From IMG/VR virus record IMGVR_UViG_3300017707_000735, positions 12,322 to 76,321 of that record: a stretch of DNA of 64,000 bases. One strand, written 5' to 3'. Origin of the DNA: a virus. Lineage: Duplodnaviria > Caudoviricetes. Made by a program: the position numbers and the translations under genes. Of the stretch, positions 54,801 through 63,001 are shown piece by piece (positions within the stretch are counted from its first letter, which is position 1; every line of letters starts with the position of its first letter). A model generated the notes under the pieces. It saw only the letters and a list, made by a program, of their open reading frames with translations, was not told the DNA's origin and searched no databases.

Positions 54801-57800
54801 CTACATTTGAAGATGAAGTTTACCACATAAACTCAGATGGTAAAGGAGAACGAGTTAAAGTTTACACTCTACAAAATGAGCATAAGAATTACCGTGCTGA
54901 TAGAGCTGAGCTGAGACATAAGTTTGAACAAGCACGTGAATCTAAAGATCCTGAAAAGATCAAAGATGCTGCGGCAGAACTCAGACAGTTATCTATTGAC
55001 TACCTGTATGACTTCTACTTACCCGAAGTATACAAAGCAGATGAACTCTTTGATACTCCTGTAGGTAGATTAGCATGGTTAGATAGACAGAAAGTACTTG
55101 ATGCTTACTCTGCAGAGACTGACAAGTACACCAATGAGATGGAGAGATTTGAACGTTACTCATCTGCCCAGGCTGCCTGGAAAGCATATGAGCAATTGTT
55201 TGAATTAAACTATATAGATGGGACACCTAAGTTTGATGATCCTTCCAAAGGTATCTATGACTTAAGTAAGACTATGGTTCTCCGTGAGTACCGTGAAAGA
55301 AACAAACAGTATATGGAGTTTGTAGAAATCCCGGGGTCTTTGGAGAGAGCATATAATGAGTTTGCTAGTCTCTTAGAAGGAGAAGGTATTAAGCGTGATA
55401 GTGATGATTGGAAAAAACGCATGTCTGACTTTGAAAAACAGAACATCCGTTTAGTATATGCTCAAGAGTACTATGATGCTAAAGCAAAAGACATTGAACG
55501 TCTACAAGAACTGCAAGCAAAACAGACTGCTTCAGCTAAAGATGTGTTTAATGTAGGTGAAGCTTATGGAGATATCTATGAATTGCTAACAGCATTCAAA
55601 GATGAGAAACGCCAGCCAGTACCATCTGAATTAGGTACAGATAGATTAAAAGTTATTAAAGATTTACAGCAACGCATTAATGACTTCAAAACTAACTTCA
55701 ATGCTAGAGCAGGTCTTACAAGAGAACAGTTATTAGAACTAGATAGTTACCGTGAAAAAATTAATGATAAAGAGCCATTAAGTCCACTTGAGACAAAGAG
55801 ATTTGTTAAGCTTAGTGAAATGCAAACAGCTGGTTTAACACCAACTGAACATGCAGAGTTAACAGGTATCTATAACAGATTGGGTGAACTATCATCTAAG
55901 GTACCTACTGAATACTACATGGATGCCATTAACTACCACTTGGTTAGAATGGGAGAACCTGAAGTAGAAGCAGAAGATGTAAATGACTTTATCAATGGAG
56001 ATCAAATCACTGAACTTTTAGATAGAGATAAAAAATTCAGCAATTGGTTTACGGCAAGTCACGTTACTAAGATCAACTACATTAAACAAAAAGGTAGAAA
56101 GAAAGCTAAAGCTGTTACTGTGTATGAAAGACTAATGGCTTACTCTGTTTCTATACCATCTAATCCAGAGCACTTAGTAATTACAAAAATTAAAGACAGA
56201 GCTACTGGAAAAGAGATTGAATTCATGGGTAAACCAAATGCCCGTCACTCTAAATATCAAGTAAAAGATGAATTTAGAACTATTCCGCTTGGTGCTAACT
56301 GGTCTGATTATGTTGGTGTCTATGTCGATAATGAAGGAGAATTCCTGCCAAGACCCTATGATCCAAAAGATCCAAATAGTGCTATTGGTGACAAGTATAT
56401 TAATCATGAGTATGAGTCATTAAAAGCAGCTAACAATGCTCAATTTAAATTGATTGAGCTTTTTAAAGAGTTTCACCATAAGAACCAAGAGGATTTACCT
56501 AGAGGATCTAAGTTATGGAATGATATGCCAAGGTTTGGTGTAAATGGAACTTTAGAAAGTATACAAGGTGGTAAGTATAGAAATAACCTTGAAGTACTAA
56601 GAGGAAGTATCAAGTATCAACTTGATAAGTCTATCTTAAACAGAAAGCTTAAAGCTGATGAGTATGAGTCAAATGCAAACTTTGATGTAAACCAACAGCT
56701 TGTGACTACAGATATGGAGGGTAACCAGTTATCTTACATTCCTATATCCGGGCTATACAACATACCTATCAATGAGGTGTCTCCAAATGTCATTGATAAC
56801 TTAATGCGTTACCAAACTTCTGCAAGAATGCAGACTAAGTTGATTGATACAGTTGACTTAGCAAAAGGTATTCTTGAGACATTAGAAGCCAATCCATTAA
56901 AACAGCCTAACAAGTATGATAAAAAGATTGCTAAGCTTACTGGTAAACTGAAGCCTGCGGGATCAGGAAAAGGAGTTACCTATAATAGACTTGAGCAATT
57001 TAGATCATTGTTTGAAAGAACATACTATGGGCGCCAGGTTGTGGGTATTGAAGAGTCTAATCCGTGGTTACATAAGTTAGTTAATGGTATGACTAAAGCT
57101 GCTGGTAGAGCAACACTAGCAGTAAACATACCTTCTGACTTGAAGAACCGTTATGGGCAGATTATGCAAAACCTTATTGAAGCTACAGGAGGTGAGTACG
57201 TTAGTTTAAAATCTTATGCTGCTGCACAACCATGGGTAAAAACTACAATGTTTGAGTGGGCTACTACAGGTATTTATGCACGAGGTGGTCAAAGTTTGGC
57301 AGTGCAATTGATTCAAAGATTTGACCCATTCTTTAAAGCTAAAGATGAACACGGTAGATCTATTACCAGAACAATGGCAAAAGATTTACTTGATGGATCA
57401 TGGATGTATGACTTCAGAAAGTTTGGGGAAATGGAAGCTGCCATGCAGTTGTTTGGAGGAGTGATGCACCATAAGTATTTAGAAATGCAAACTTCTAAAG
57501 GTACTGTGCCTATAAGATACATTGATGCATGGGAACTAGATGAAAACGGTATTATAAAACTCAAAGATGGTATTGATCCTGAGTGGGGTAATAGACAGGT
57601 TAATCACGTTTATGTTAAAGGTGAAACACTCAAAGAGATTGCGGACAAGTACTACATAACTGTAGATGAGCTTAAAGCAAGAAACAATATTACAGATGCA
57701 TCACAAGTGTCAGAAGGACAAGAGCTAGTTATTGCCAAAGGAATGAAGTTTAAACAGTTCCGTAATCAATTCCAAGCAATATCTAGAAGACTATATGGTG

Positions 57801-58573
57801 CCTATGATAAGTTTGGTCAAGCAGAAGGTAACAAGTATCTAGCTTATAGAATGTTCTTCTTCATGCGTAAGTGGGCAACGCCAGGGTTTGTAAACAGATT
57901 TGGTATGGATACCAAGAAAGAAAACTTTGGTGGTTATAGATATGATTGGGCTTTGGGTAAACCTACCCGTGGTTATTACATTGGAGCATTAGCGGCATTG
58001 AAAAAAATGCTCACATATAAATCAGATGCATATCTGTATATGACAGCACAAGAGAAGGTTGACCTTAAAAGAACTATAGGAGAAGGAGTATCTGTATTAC
58101 TTGCAGTACTTGGAATTATGTTCTTGTTTGGATATGATGATGATGATGAAGCTAGATGGGAAAAGATCCGCGCAAGATCAGGACCAATGTTTACTCCTGA
58201 ATTTAAGCTTAGAGGTTATATTGCTAATCATATGCTTTATTTATTAATGGGAGTAAAACAAGAAACATCTACTTTCATGCCTATACCCGGATTAGGATTG
58301 AATGAATATGCTAAGTTTATTGGAGTAACATCACCGGCATTTGGTTCTACTCTTAAGATGTATATCAAAATCATTGATGACTTGGCTAATATGATGCTTG
58401 GAGAAGACAGTGCTTACTATAAGAAAGATACTGGACCATATTCTTGGCAGAAAGAGGGTGCGCCAAAGGTAATCACACACTTATTATCAACAGTAGGTTT
58501 GTCAGGTAGAACAGGTGATGCGGAAACTTTGATTAAGAATATGGAGAAATACAGCAGTAGACCACCTCAGTAG
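51848..58573 (+). CDS. Giant cargo/ejection protein with GNAT-like, zincin (HEFSH) and LysM domains
   Basis: 2241 aa. TAATG coupling to the vRNAP gene. IPDEYKKSG GNAT-like motif, LHEFSH (53270-53284), and LysM VKGETLKEIADKYYITVDELKARNNI..GQELVI (~57604-57735). Confidence 0.82.
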   Translation: MGCSSKINSLDMLKAENIISDTREILDFGRFDNANLRLTEFAKASYGLMPLSGELLYDTSSRKTDGKVVYRAEPNELLFSALDNLIDEQETKLIMQQRDASNEDEVASFMRKEQELSLLEQLKNYLKEEDYRLKSPAPSWITDPTTTVGRMLEEINIPIVQETLIFLREQNRQIQELKSNADKITKDLYKQAGINPDKLLQDESTQLENVQRTTRGELRLPTPELDKLNALKTSNRDLYEQIEDLGDQQFQLTTKASRSFQNEVKKFFDSLMEYEQIELGTTSANVFENIDLSQTEYYGENNESVPVIVDGVKVGDLSYGLSGNYAVLNFANIPDEYKKSGVLKNALVELAQSVKTDGLTLVSDALDPLSNMVWAELIMENQAHISDDLVYTYGEGPALLVPKADLDNERSRLLGNIFAQKLSAAMKTSYEEVTREQAANILKNAPIKYNGEPAFVYAGTVYFVEGGLNLDTALHEFSHPLISAIRRDNGGLFENLYEQLMGTTEGDQLREKMAKLYPELKEGSVLYKEEILVHALSKRATNQVTQQIETDGFTRFIRNLLYAIKQALKGAFGRVNVADINANTTLDELAQRLLTESFELTDGMTDEQLVQFARAEKGRINKLDNTSKDLAKNISADAMIALINDFYYRNKEVLDAAKRVSKKSPQYKVLEKAMFENEGDRLLKDIQASLRKYQTIQVSAKRTRAQIVDDTIDAETRRLQEVTLQATTVVHSFAVINNVMDNIYGSLMELIKSGEYTSRQGEKLLAVYKSSVYAYDELIKDTDRLLVEDFGLKTDNPFAQMLNQTSMTIQRCKDVINKIKFERATEFYKEYTQYMNDFVNKELKQNLDQLKTRLSEEEIEDLYNRIVNNTITDEEVNALKDKSLSATGVGAFIDHFRTYRITEDKIRGLLSGTQNDVSWFNRMLEAYTSSNDPIVGAFAIFVNDLETEAMQEVMDDSEVFRQKLEPLLKAIGYNANQTRQILDLTTFEDEVYHINSDGKGERVKVYTLQNEHKNYRADRAELRHKFEQARESKDPEKIKDAAAELRQLSIDYLYDFYLPEVYKADELFDTPVGRLAWLDRQKVLDAYSAETDKYTNEMERFERYSSAQAAWKAYEQLFELNYIDGTPKFDDPSKGIYDLSKTMVLREYRERNKQYMEFVEIPGSLERAYNEFASLLEGEGIKRDSDDWKKRMSDFEKQNIRLVYAQEYYDAKAKDIERLQELQAKQTASAKDVFNVGEAYGDIYELLTAFKDEKRQPVPSELGTDRLKVIKDLQQRINDFKTNFNARAGLTREQLLELDSYREKINDKEPLSPLETKRFVKLSEMQTAGLTPTEHAELTGIYNRLGELSSKVPTEYYMDAINYHLVRMGEPEVEAEDVNDFINGDQITELLDRDKKFSNWFTASHVTKINYIKQKGRKKAKAVTVYERLMAYSVSIPSNPEHLVITKIKDRATGKEIEFMGKPNARHSKYQVKDEFRTIPLGANWSDYVGVYVDNEGEFLPRPYDPKDPNSAIGDKYINHEYESLKAANNAQFKLIELFKEFHHKNQEDLPRGSKLWNDMPRFGVNGTLESIQGGKYRNNLEVLRGSIKYQLDKSILNRKLKADEYESNANFDVNQQLVTTDMEGNQLSYIPISGLYNIPINEVSPNVIDNLMRYQTSARMQTKLIDTVDLAKGILETLEANPLKQPNKYDKKIAKLTGKLKPAGSGKGVTYNRLEQFRSLFERTYYGRQVVGIEESNPWLHKLVNGMTKAAGRATLAVNIPSDLKNRYGQIMQNLIEATGGEYVSLKSYAAAQPWVKTTMFEWATTGIYARGGQSLAVQLIQRFDPFFKAKDEHGRSITRTMAKDLLDGSWMYDFRKFGEMEAAMQLFGGVMHHKYLEMQTSKGTVPIRYIDAWELDENGIIKLKDGIDPEWGNRQVNHVYVKGETLKEIADKYYITVDELKARNNITDASQVSEGQELVIAKGMKFKQFRNQFQAISRRLYGAYDKFGQAEGNKYLAYRMFFFMRKWATPGFVNRFGMDTKKENFGGYRYDWALGKPTRGYYIGALAALKKMLTYKSDAYLYMTAQEKVDLKRTIGEGVSVLLAVLGIMFLFGYDDDDEARWEKIRARSGPMFTPEFKLRGYIANHMLYLLMGVKQETSTFMPIPGLGLNEYAKFIGVTSPAFGSTLKMYIKIIDDLANMMLGEDSAYYKKDTGPYSWQKEGAPKVITHLLSTVGLSGRTGDAETLIKNMEKYSSRPPQ

Positions 58574-58574
58574 G

Positions 58575-58615
58575 AAAAAAAAAGGGGAAAGAACAGCGTT
58601 AGCCATTCTTTCCCC
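58575..58615 (-). terminator. Intrinsic terminator at the convergence of the two modules
   Basis: Perfect 10-bp stem GGGGAAAGAA / TTCTTTCCCC with a 12-nt loop. The A9 run at 58575-58583 is a U-tract on the - strand. Confidence 0.88.
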
Positions 58616-58622
58616 CAAAGGT

Positions 58623-59774
58623 TTACAAGAAGAATTGATTGGAGTCACCCTCTTCATCATCTTCAAAATTCAAATCAAAATCAAATTCAGTTGTAGTCTC
58701 AGTATTATCTACTGAGAACTTAACTCTTTCTGGTGCTACTGGAACTAACATCTGTTCCATAATAGCATCTTCTTCTTCATCAGTAATAAAATCATCTATT
58801 ACTACTGGTGCTTCAAAAATATTACCTGCAGGATCAGTGTATTCAACTACATCTGGTTCAGGTTCACCTTCAATCTCAGCTACACGTTCAACATACTCTT
58901 GATCTGACTCAATGTGAATTACTATTTCCTCAGATGTTTCTCCTGTAAGCTCAGCAATCTGATCTAGGATATTAGTCTGATTAGGAATAGCATTTAATGG
59001 ATCTATCATAGGTACAGTAATCTCTACTGCTGGTGTAATAGGTGCCACAAGAACTTTACCTAAGTTGAACTCATTACTAATGAACCAGTGTAGCATACGC
59101 TGATCTTCCATCCATGTTCTTGGGTGAGACTGTTGCAATGCTACGGTAGCATGGTTATAGAAAGACCACAGTGTATCCTTACCTCCGTTATAGAAGAAGC
59201 TTGGCTTATCCATCTGCTGGCGGATAATACTTGCCTGCTCAGTAGTCAATATCTCATATTCTGCAAAGAGAACACCGAGAATTTCAGCTTGTCTTCTTGA
59301 ACTAATAGATACTACTTTCATAGCATCTTTATCAGCAACTAGGTTATCATAGTACATCTGTGCATTAGTCAGGTGAGTCTGCATCATTGCAATTGTATCA
59401 GCATCTGCAGTTCCGGTATGCTTTCTTGCATATGTACCAATCTCACCACATAACATGACGGTTTGATTAGCATGCACATAACCACCTACTGCACATTTAA
59501 ATCTTATTTGTTTATTATAACTGTTTGTCCATGCAAACATAAGGGACATCTCTGGGTCTGAATTATAATTCAGCTGGTAGATACCTTGAGCAATTTGCCC
59601 ATCATGGGTAGCTCTATATTCTTCACTGTGTACAGTGAAACCCATTGCAGCAATCTCTGCAAGGGCATAATCCATAATTGATTTGTGAGAAATAACTGTG
59701 TACGTAGCAGCGTGAACTGGCAACGGAACAGCTTCCAGAGTAGCTCTGGTGATGTCTTGAATTTTTCTTGGCAT
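58623..59774 (-). CDS. DUF932-like phage protein with an acidic C-terminal tail
   Basis: 383 aa. YTVISH..FAWTNSYNKQIRF..GGYVHA..RKHTG and TLWSFYNHAT resemble the DUF932 family. The C-terminal third is Glu/Asp-rich. Confidence 0.65.
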   Translation of the reverse strand: MPRKIQDITRATLEAVPLPVHAATYTVISHKSIMDYALAEIAAMGFTVHSEEYRATHDGQIAQGIYQLNYNSDPEMSLMFAWTNSYNKQIRFKCAVGGYVHANQTVMLCGEIGTYARKHTGTADADTIAMMQTHLTNAQMYYDNLVADKDAMKVVSISSRRQAEILGVLFAEYEILTTEQASIIRQQMDKPSFFYNGGKDTLWSFYNHATVALQQSHPRTWMEDQRMLHWFISNEFNLGKVLVAPITPAVEITVPMIDPLNAIPNQTNILDQIAELTGETSEEIVIHIESDQEYVERVAEIEGEPEPDVVEYTDPAGNIFEAPVVIDDFITDEEEDAIMEQMLVPVAPERVKFSVDNTETTTEFDFDLNFEDDEEGDSNQFFL

Positions 59775-61951
59775 TAGAATAAACTTAATTGGTTTATAAA
59801 CGGTTCTAGATTATAAATTTCCTTCATAATCTTCTCTAGATAATAATCATAATTCAAATCATAGTCTTCAATATTCTTCTCTACATAGTCAATGAACAGA
59901 GTCTGCATATACTTACCGGCTTCAGTCTGTGTAGCCCGGCCATCAGTAAAGTTCTCTTTCATTATCTTACTGCCCTTATTAGACATGTAATATCTAATAG
60001 TGTTTTGTACAGGTAATTCTACATAACTACCACCTATAGTAGGGGCAGTACGTCTAAATGCACCTTCAGTTGTTATACCAGTATTGGCTTCTTTATAAGC
60101 AGAATCACTTCTTACCCAGTTATCATCTGACCAAGACTCTTCCCAACCATTAGCAAGTAGATACTCTTTTTTCTGTTCAAGAGTATACTTTGCATATTCA
60201 GGATCTATTTCAGGTTTAAGAAACTTCTCAATAAACTTCCAATCACCTTTAATTTTCTTACCTGCACAAAAGTCAAATATGTTAGTTTGGGAATATATGA
60301 ACTCTCTAGGGTCAATACCGTGAACAAAGTAATAGAAGATACCTTTGGGAATTACTAAGTGGCTCTTGTTCTTATGTAGAGCTAAATCAGCAAACTCAAA
60401 CCTACCTTTACACTTTACAGCGCTATATTCATAAACACTAGGCATAATCTTGACAGTAGGATAATGTGGGAAGTCTTGTCTTATTCCAAGTATAGTATCA
60501 TAATCAACACGCTTTGGCATGTTTACAGCAATATAGTTATTCACATCACCTAAGATTATCTTGTCATACTTGTCATGCTCCAACTGAAGCTTAGTTATAT
60601 CCTCCCACTGTTTACAGATTTCATAATACTTCTCTTCATACTCTCTTGGAATCATAGTCTCTAGACCATCAGTATTCTGCATCAAGGGTACAGCACCCGG
60701 TATACCTTCCGCTAGCATCTCATACAGCATAGCCAGACTCAACTGACCATTAATAGTGATACGCATAGTGAATTCAGGATCATACAGGAAACTGTTAGCA
60801 TCATTACTCAAACCATAGGTTGAGTTAAGGATGATCTTGTATACATAGTTTCTGACATCTTTCTTACTGATCTTCTTTCTTTCATCAAAGAACCATTCAT
60901 ACTGTTCACAGAACTCTTTCTTGGGTAAATGCGCAGGAGCCCAGCCATTTCTAATTGCTAAGTTGGGATAATAACTGACAACATCTGAAGTCATGATAAC
61001 CATATCTGCATTAGACTTGTATACTCTACTTGCCCTGGCGCCATGAATACCACCTAAACCAAAATCAGTCTTCACTCCTTTGTATTGGATAGAATATTTA
61101 AATCCACCTTTAGTTTCTTCTGGAAATACTATGGCTTCATTAAACTTACTAAGGAGCTTCTGAAACGTTGCAGTGTTGAACTTGATATAATCTAGTATGA
61201 TATCCTTGACTATAATCTGCTCACGCTTTGTTCTAAGCTGTTTAAGCTCATACTTTTTTATTCCGGTCTTCTCACTAAGGAAATGTAAGAATAACTCTTT
61301 AGAAATCCTTGGTTCAGATGCAGAGAACAAATTAATGTTATACTCATCCGTGAGACTCTTGCGCAGCTCAATCTGCTTCTTACTCAGTTGCATGATAGCC
61401 TTGGTAGACTTAACATCATTCTTACAATAGTGAATTACTTCTTCTATCTGCTCAAATGTAGTTATCTCAGAACTATGGTGTATAGGCATATCAACTATGT
61501 TGTGCCAATCCATGGTATACTGAATCCACTTCAGGCTTGATCTCTTAGCCGGATTATCCCAGTGATTCAACTTGAATACATCTACCTGATTAATCTGAAT
61601 GTCCTTTGGACTAAACTCCAGAAAGTTACCTTCATCTTGAGACTGTATGATATTCTGTGCTTTGCCATATAGCCACTCAGCTATCTCACATCCACCCATT
61701 TCTCTGAGTTGATCAGAGTTCCGTAGGATATACTCAGTAATCTGACTGTCAAACCCAAGACCATTAAAACTTACATGCCACTCATCCAGAGTAATGTTTC
61801 TTTCTAAGAACTCTATAAGAGCATCTATGTCATTCTGCAAATCATGTACAATAAATACTTCAGTGTCTTCAGACTTTACGCTTTCAAATACTGCTATGAA
61901 ACAATTACTCAAAGTCTCATAGTCCATTACCCAATGTGTTCTCATACTCAA
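59774..61951 (-). CDS. polB: Family B DNA polymerase
   Basis: 725 aa. ExoI MDYET, ExoII SFNGLGFD, ExoIII YCKNDV. Polymerase motifs SDVVSYYPN, KIILNSTYG and QNTDG. Confidence 0.93.
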   Translation of the reverse strand: MSMRTHWVMDYETLSNCFIAVFESVKSEDTEVFIVHDLQNDIDALIEFLERNITLDEWHVSFNGLGFDSQITEYILRNSDQLREMGGCEIAEWLYGKAQNIIQSQDEGNFLEFSPKDIQINQVDVFKLNHWDNPAKRSSLKWIQYTMDWHNIVDMPIHHSSEITTFEQIEEVIHYCKNDVKSTKAIMQLSKKQIELRKSLTDEYNINLFSASEPRISKELFLHFLSEKTGIKKYELKQLRTKREQIIVKDIILDYIKFNTATFQKLLSKFNEAIVFPEETKGGFKYSIQYKGVKTDFGLGGIHGARASRVYKSNADMVIMTSDVVSYYPNLAIRNGWAPAHLPKKEFCEQYEWFFDERKKISKKDVRNYVYKIILNSTYGLSNDANSFLYDPEFTMRITINGQLSLAMLYEMLAEGIPGAVPLMQNTDGLETMIPREYEEKYYEICKQWEDITKLQLEHDKYDKIILGDVNNYIAVNMPKRVDYDTILGIRQDFPHYPTVKIMPSVYEYSAVKCKGRFEFADLALHKNKSHLVIPKGIFYYFVHGIDPREFIYSQTNIFDFCAGKKIKGDWKFIEKFLKPEIDPEYAKYTLEQKKEYLLANGWEESWSDDNWVRSDSAYKEANTGITTEGAFRRTAPTIGGSYVELPVQNTIRYYMSNKGSKIMKENFTDGRATQTEAGKYMQTLFIDYVEKNIEDYDLNYDYYLEKIMKEIYNLEPFINQLSLF

Positions 61952-61961
61952 ATTTTATACA

Positions 61962-62000
61962 TAAGAAAAGGGGAGGTAGAACTTGACAACTACCTCCCCT
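61962..62000 (-). terminator. Intrinsic terminator upstream of polB
   Basis: Perfect 11-bp stem AGGGGAGGTAG / CTACCTCCCCT, followed on the - strand by TTTCTTA. Confidence 0.8.
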
Positions 62001-62020
62001 CATCAACTGCCTGACAGGGC

Positions 62021-62401
62021 TTATTTTTTGGCTTCTAGGAATGATTTCCAATCCATGTCTTTATAGTTAATTGCAAAGAACTCTACCAAAGACGTAATAG
62101 CATCCATGTCTTCAACATAATACTCTTGGAATGTCTCAATAGTTTTTCTTTCTTCCTTAACCATTCTACCGTTAGCTCTTTTGGTTTTCAGTGGAGACGG
62201 GTCCCCGTTATCATCAAGCTTAGGCAACATATGCAATGTTGTCTTGCTTAATTTACTGATAATTACAAATACCTTGGTAGCTGGATCATAAATACATTCT
62301 ACATAAGGACAGTCTTCAGTGACAGGGATCAATCTGAATGTTTCCCCTTCATTCCACGAAGACTTGACAACGTACATGTTGCCGCCAATAACTCTACTCA
62401 T
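62021..62401 (-). CDS. Conserved-looking phage hypothetical protein
   Basis: 126-aa ORF with an A/C-rich leader. No functional motif recognised. Confidence 0.75.
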   Translation of the reverse strand: MSRVIGGNMYVVKSSWNEGETFRLIPVTEDCPYVECIYDPATKVFVIISKLSKTTLHMLPKLDDNGDPSPLKTKRANGRMVKEERKTIETFQEYYVEDMDAITSLVEFFAINYKDMDWKSFLEAKK

Positions 62402-62425
62402 ACTGTTGGTTGTTTTTAATTGTTA

Positions 62426-62457
62426 CAAATTAACCTAGAATTTTCTTGTTTTCCAAA
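62426..62457 (-). promoter_or_regulatory. Putative promoter TTTG-N20-TTAATTTG
   Basis: On the - strand: TTTG (62457-62454), 20-nt spacer, TTAATTTG (62433-62426), upstream of ATG 62401. One mismatch to TAnnTTTG. Confidence 0.45.
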
Positions 62458-62996
62458 TTGATTACTTCTGCGATTAATGTTTCTTTCTCTAGGTCTGGTT
62501 TACTACATAGTTCACCAACGCTACGTAGCAGTTGTTCATCTACCCCAAGGAGATTAGCATACAAGCTAAAATACCTTTCAGGGAACATGTAACTGTCTAC
62601 ATAAGTGTATGTACCACCATTCTTATTAAAATGATCTCTGATTTTGCGCTTTAAATCATTGTTCATCATACTGTATTTACCATTTATGAAATGGTTCCAA
62701 TCATCTTCTAAATCAGAAAAGTCAAATGAGATGAGTACCTTGTTGTCTTCAAGCGGGATATAATCACTCACTCTTTTATGACCCAATAGTACATTCTTCT
62801 CAAATGTTATGTATTCAGATTCCTCTCTCTTTTGATACACAGTAATCAATTTCTTATCCTCGGGTGTCAGGTAACCTTCCCAAGACAAATATGTCTGTTC
62901 CGGTATAGCTGGACAACCTCTTTTGATTCCAAGGAGCGGATAAAATAACACCTTGGATTTCTGGAAGTATTCCGTATGAAGCGCTTCAATAACCAT
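62430..62996 (-). CDS. Hypothetical protein
   Basis: 188-aa ORF in the replication operon, tightly packed. No motif recognised. Confidence 0.75.
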   Translation of the reverse strand: MVIEALHTEYFQKSKVLFYPLLGIKRGCPAIPEQTYLSWEGYLTPEDKKLITVYQKREESEYITFEKNVLLGHKRVSDYIPLEDNKVLISFDFSDLEDDWNHFINGKYSMMNNDLKRKIRDHFNKNGGTYTYVDSYMFPERYFSLYANLLGVDEQLLRSVGELCSKPDLEKETLIAEVINLENKKILG

Positions 62997-63001
62997 AAAT
63001 T

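Noticed and set aside
60-58902. Many short antisense or out-of-frame ORFs in the track (e.g. 926-1531, 5157-5531, 33696-34052, 58639-58902)
   Set aside because: They lie fully inside longer, motif-bearing genes and show the Phe/Leu/Ser bias of shadow ORFs opposite Lys/Glu-rich genes.
40911-61951. Inteins or group I/II introns in vRNAP or PolB
   Set aside because: Both ORFs are continuous, with no intein terminal motifs or LAGLIDADG/HNH signatures seen.
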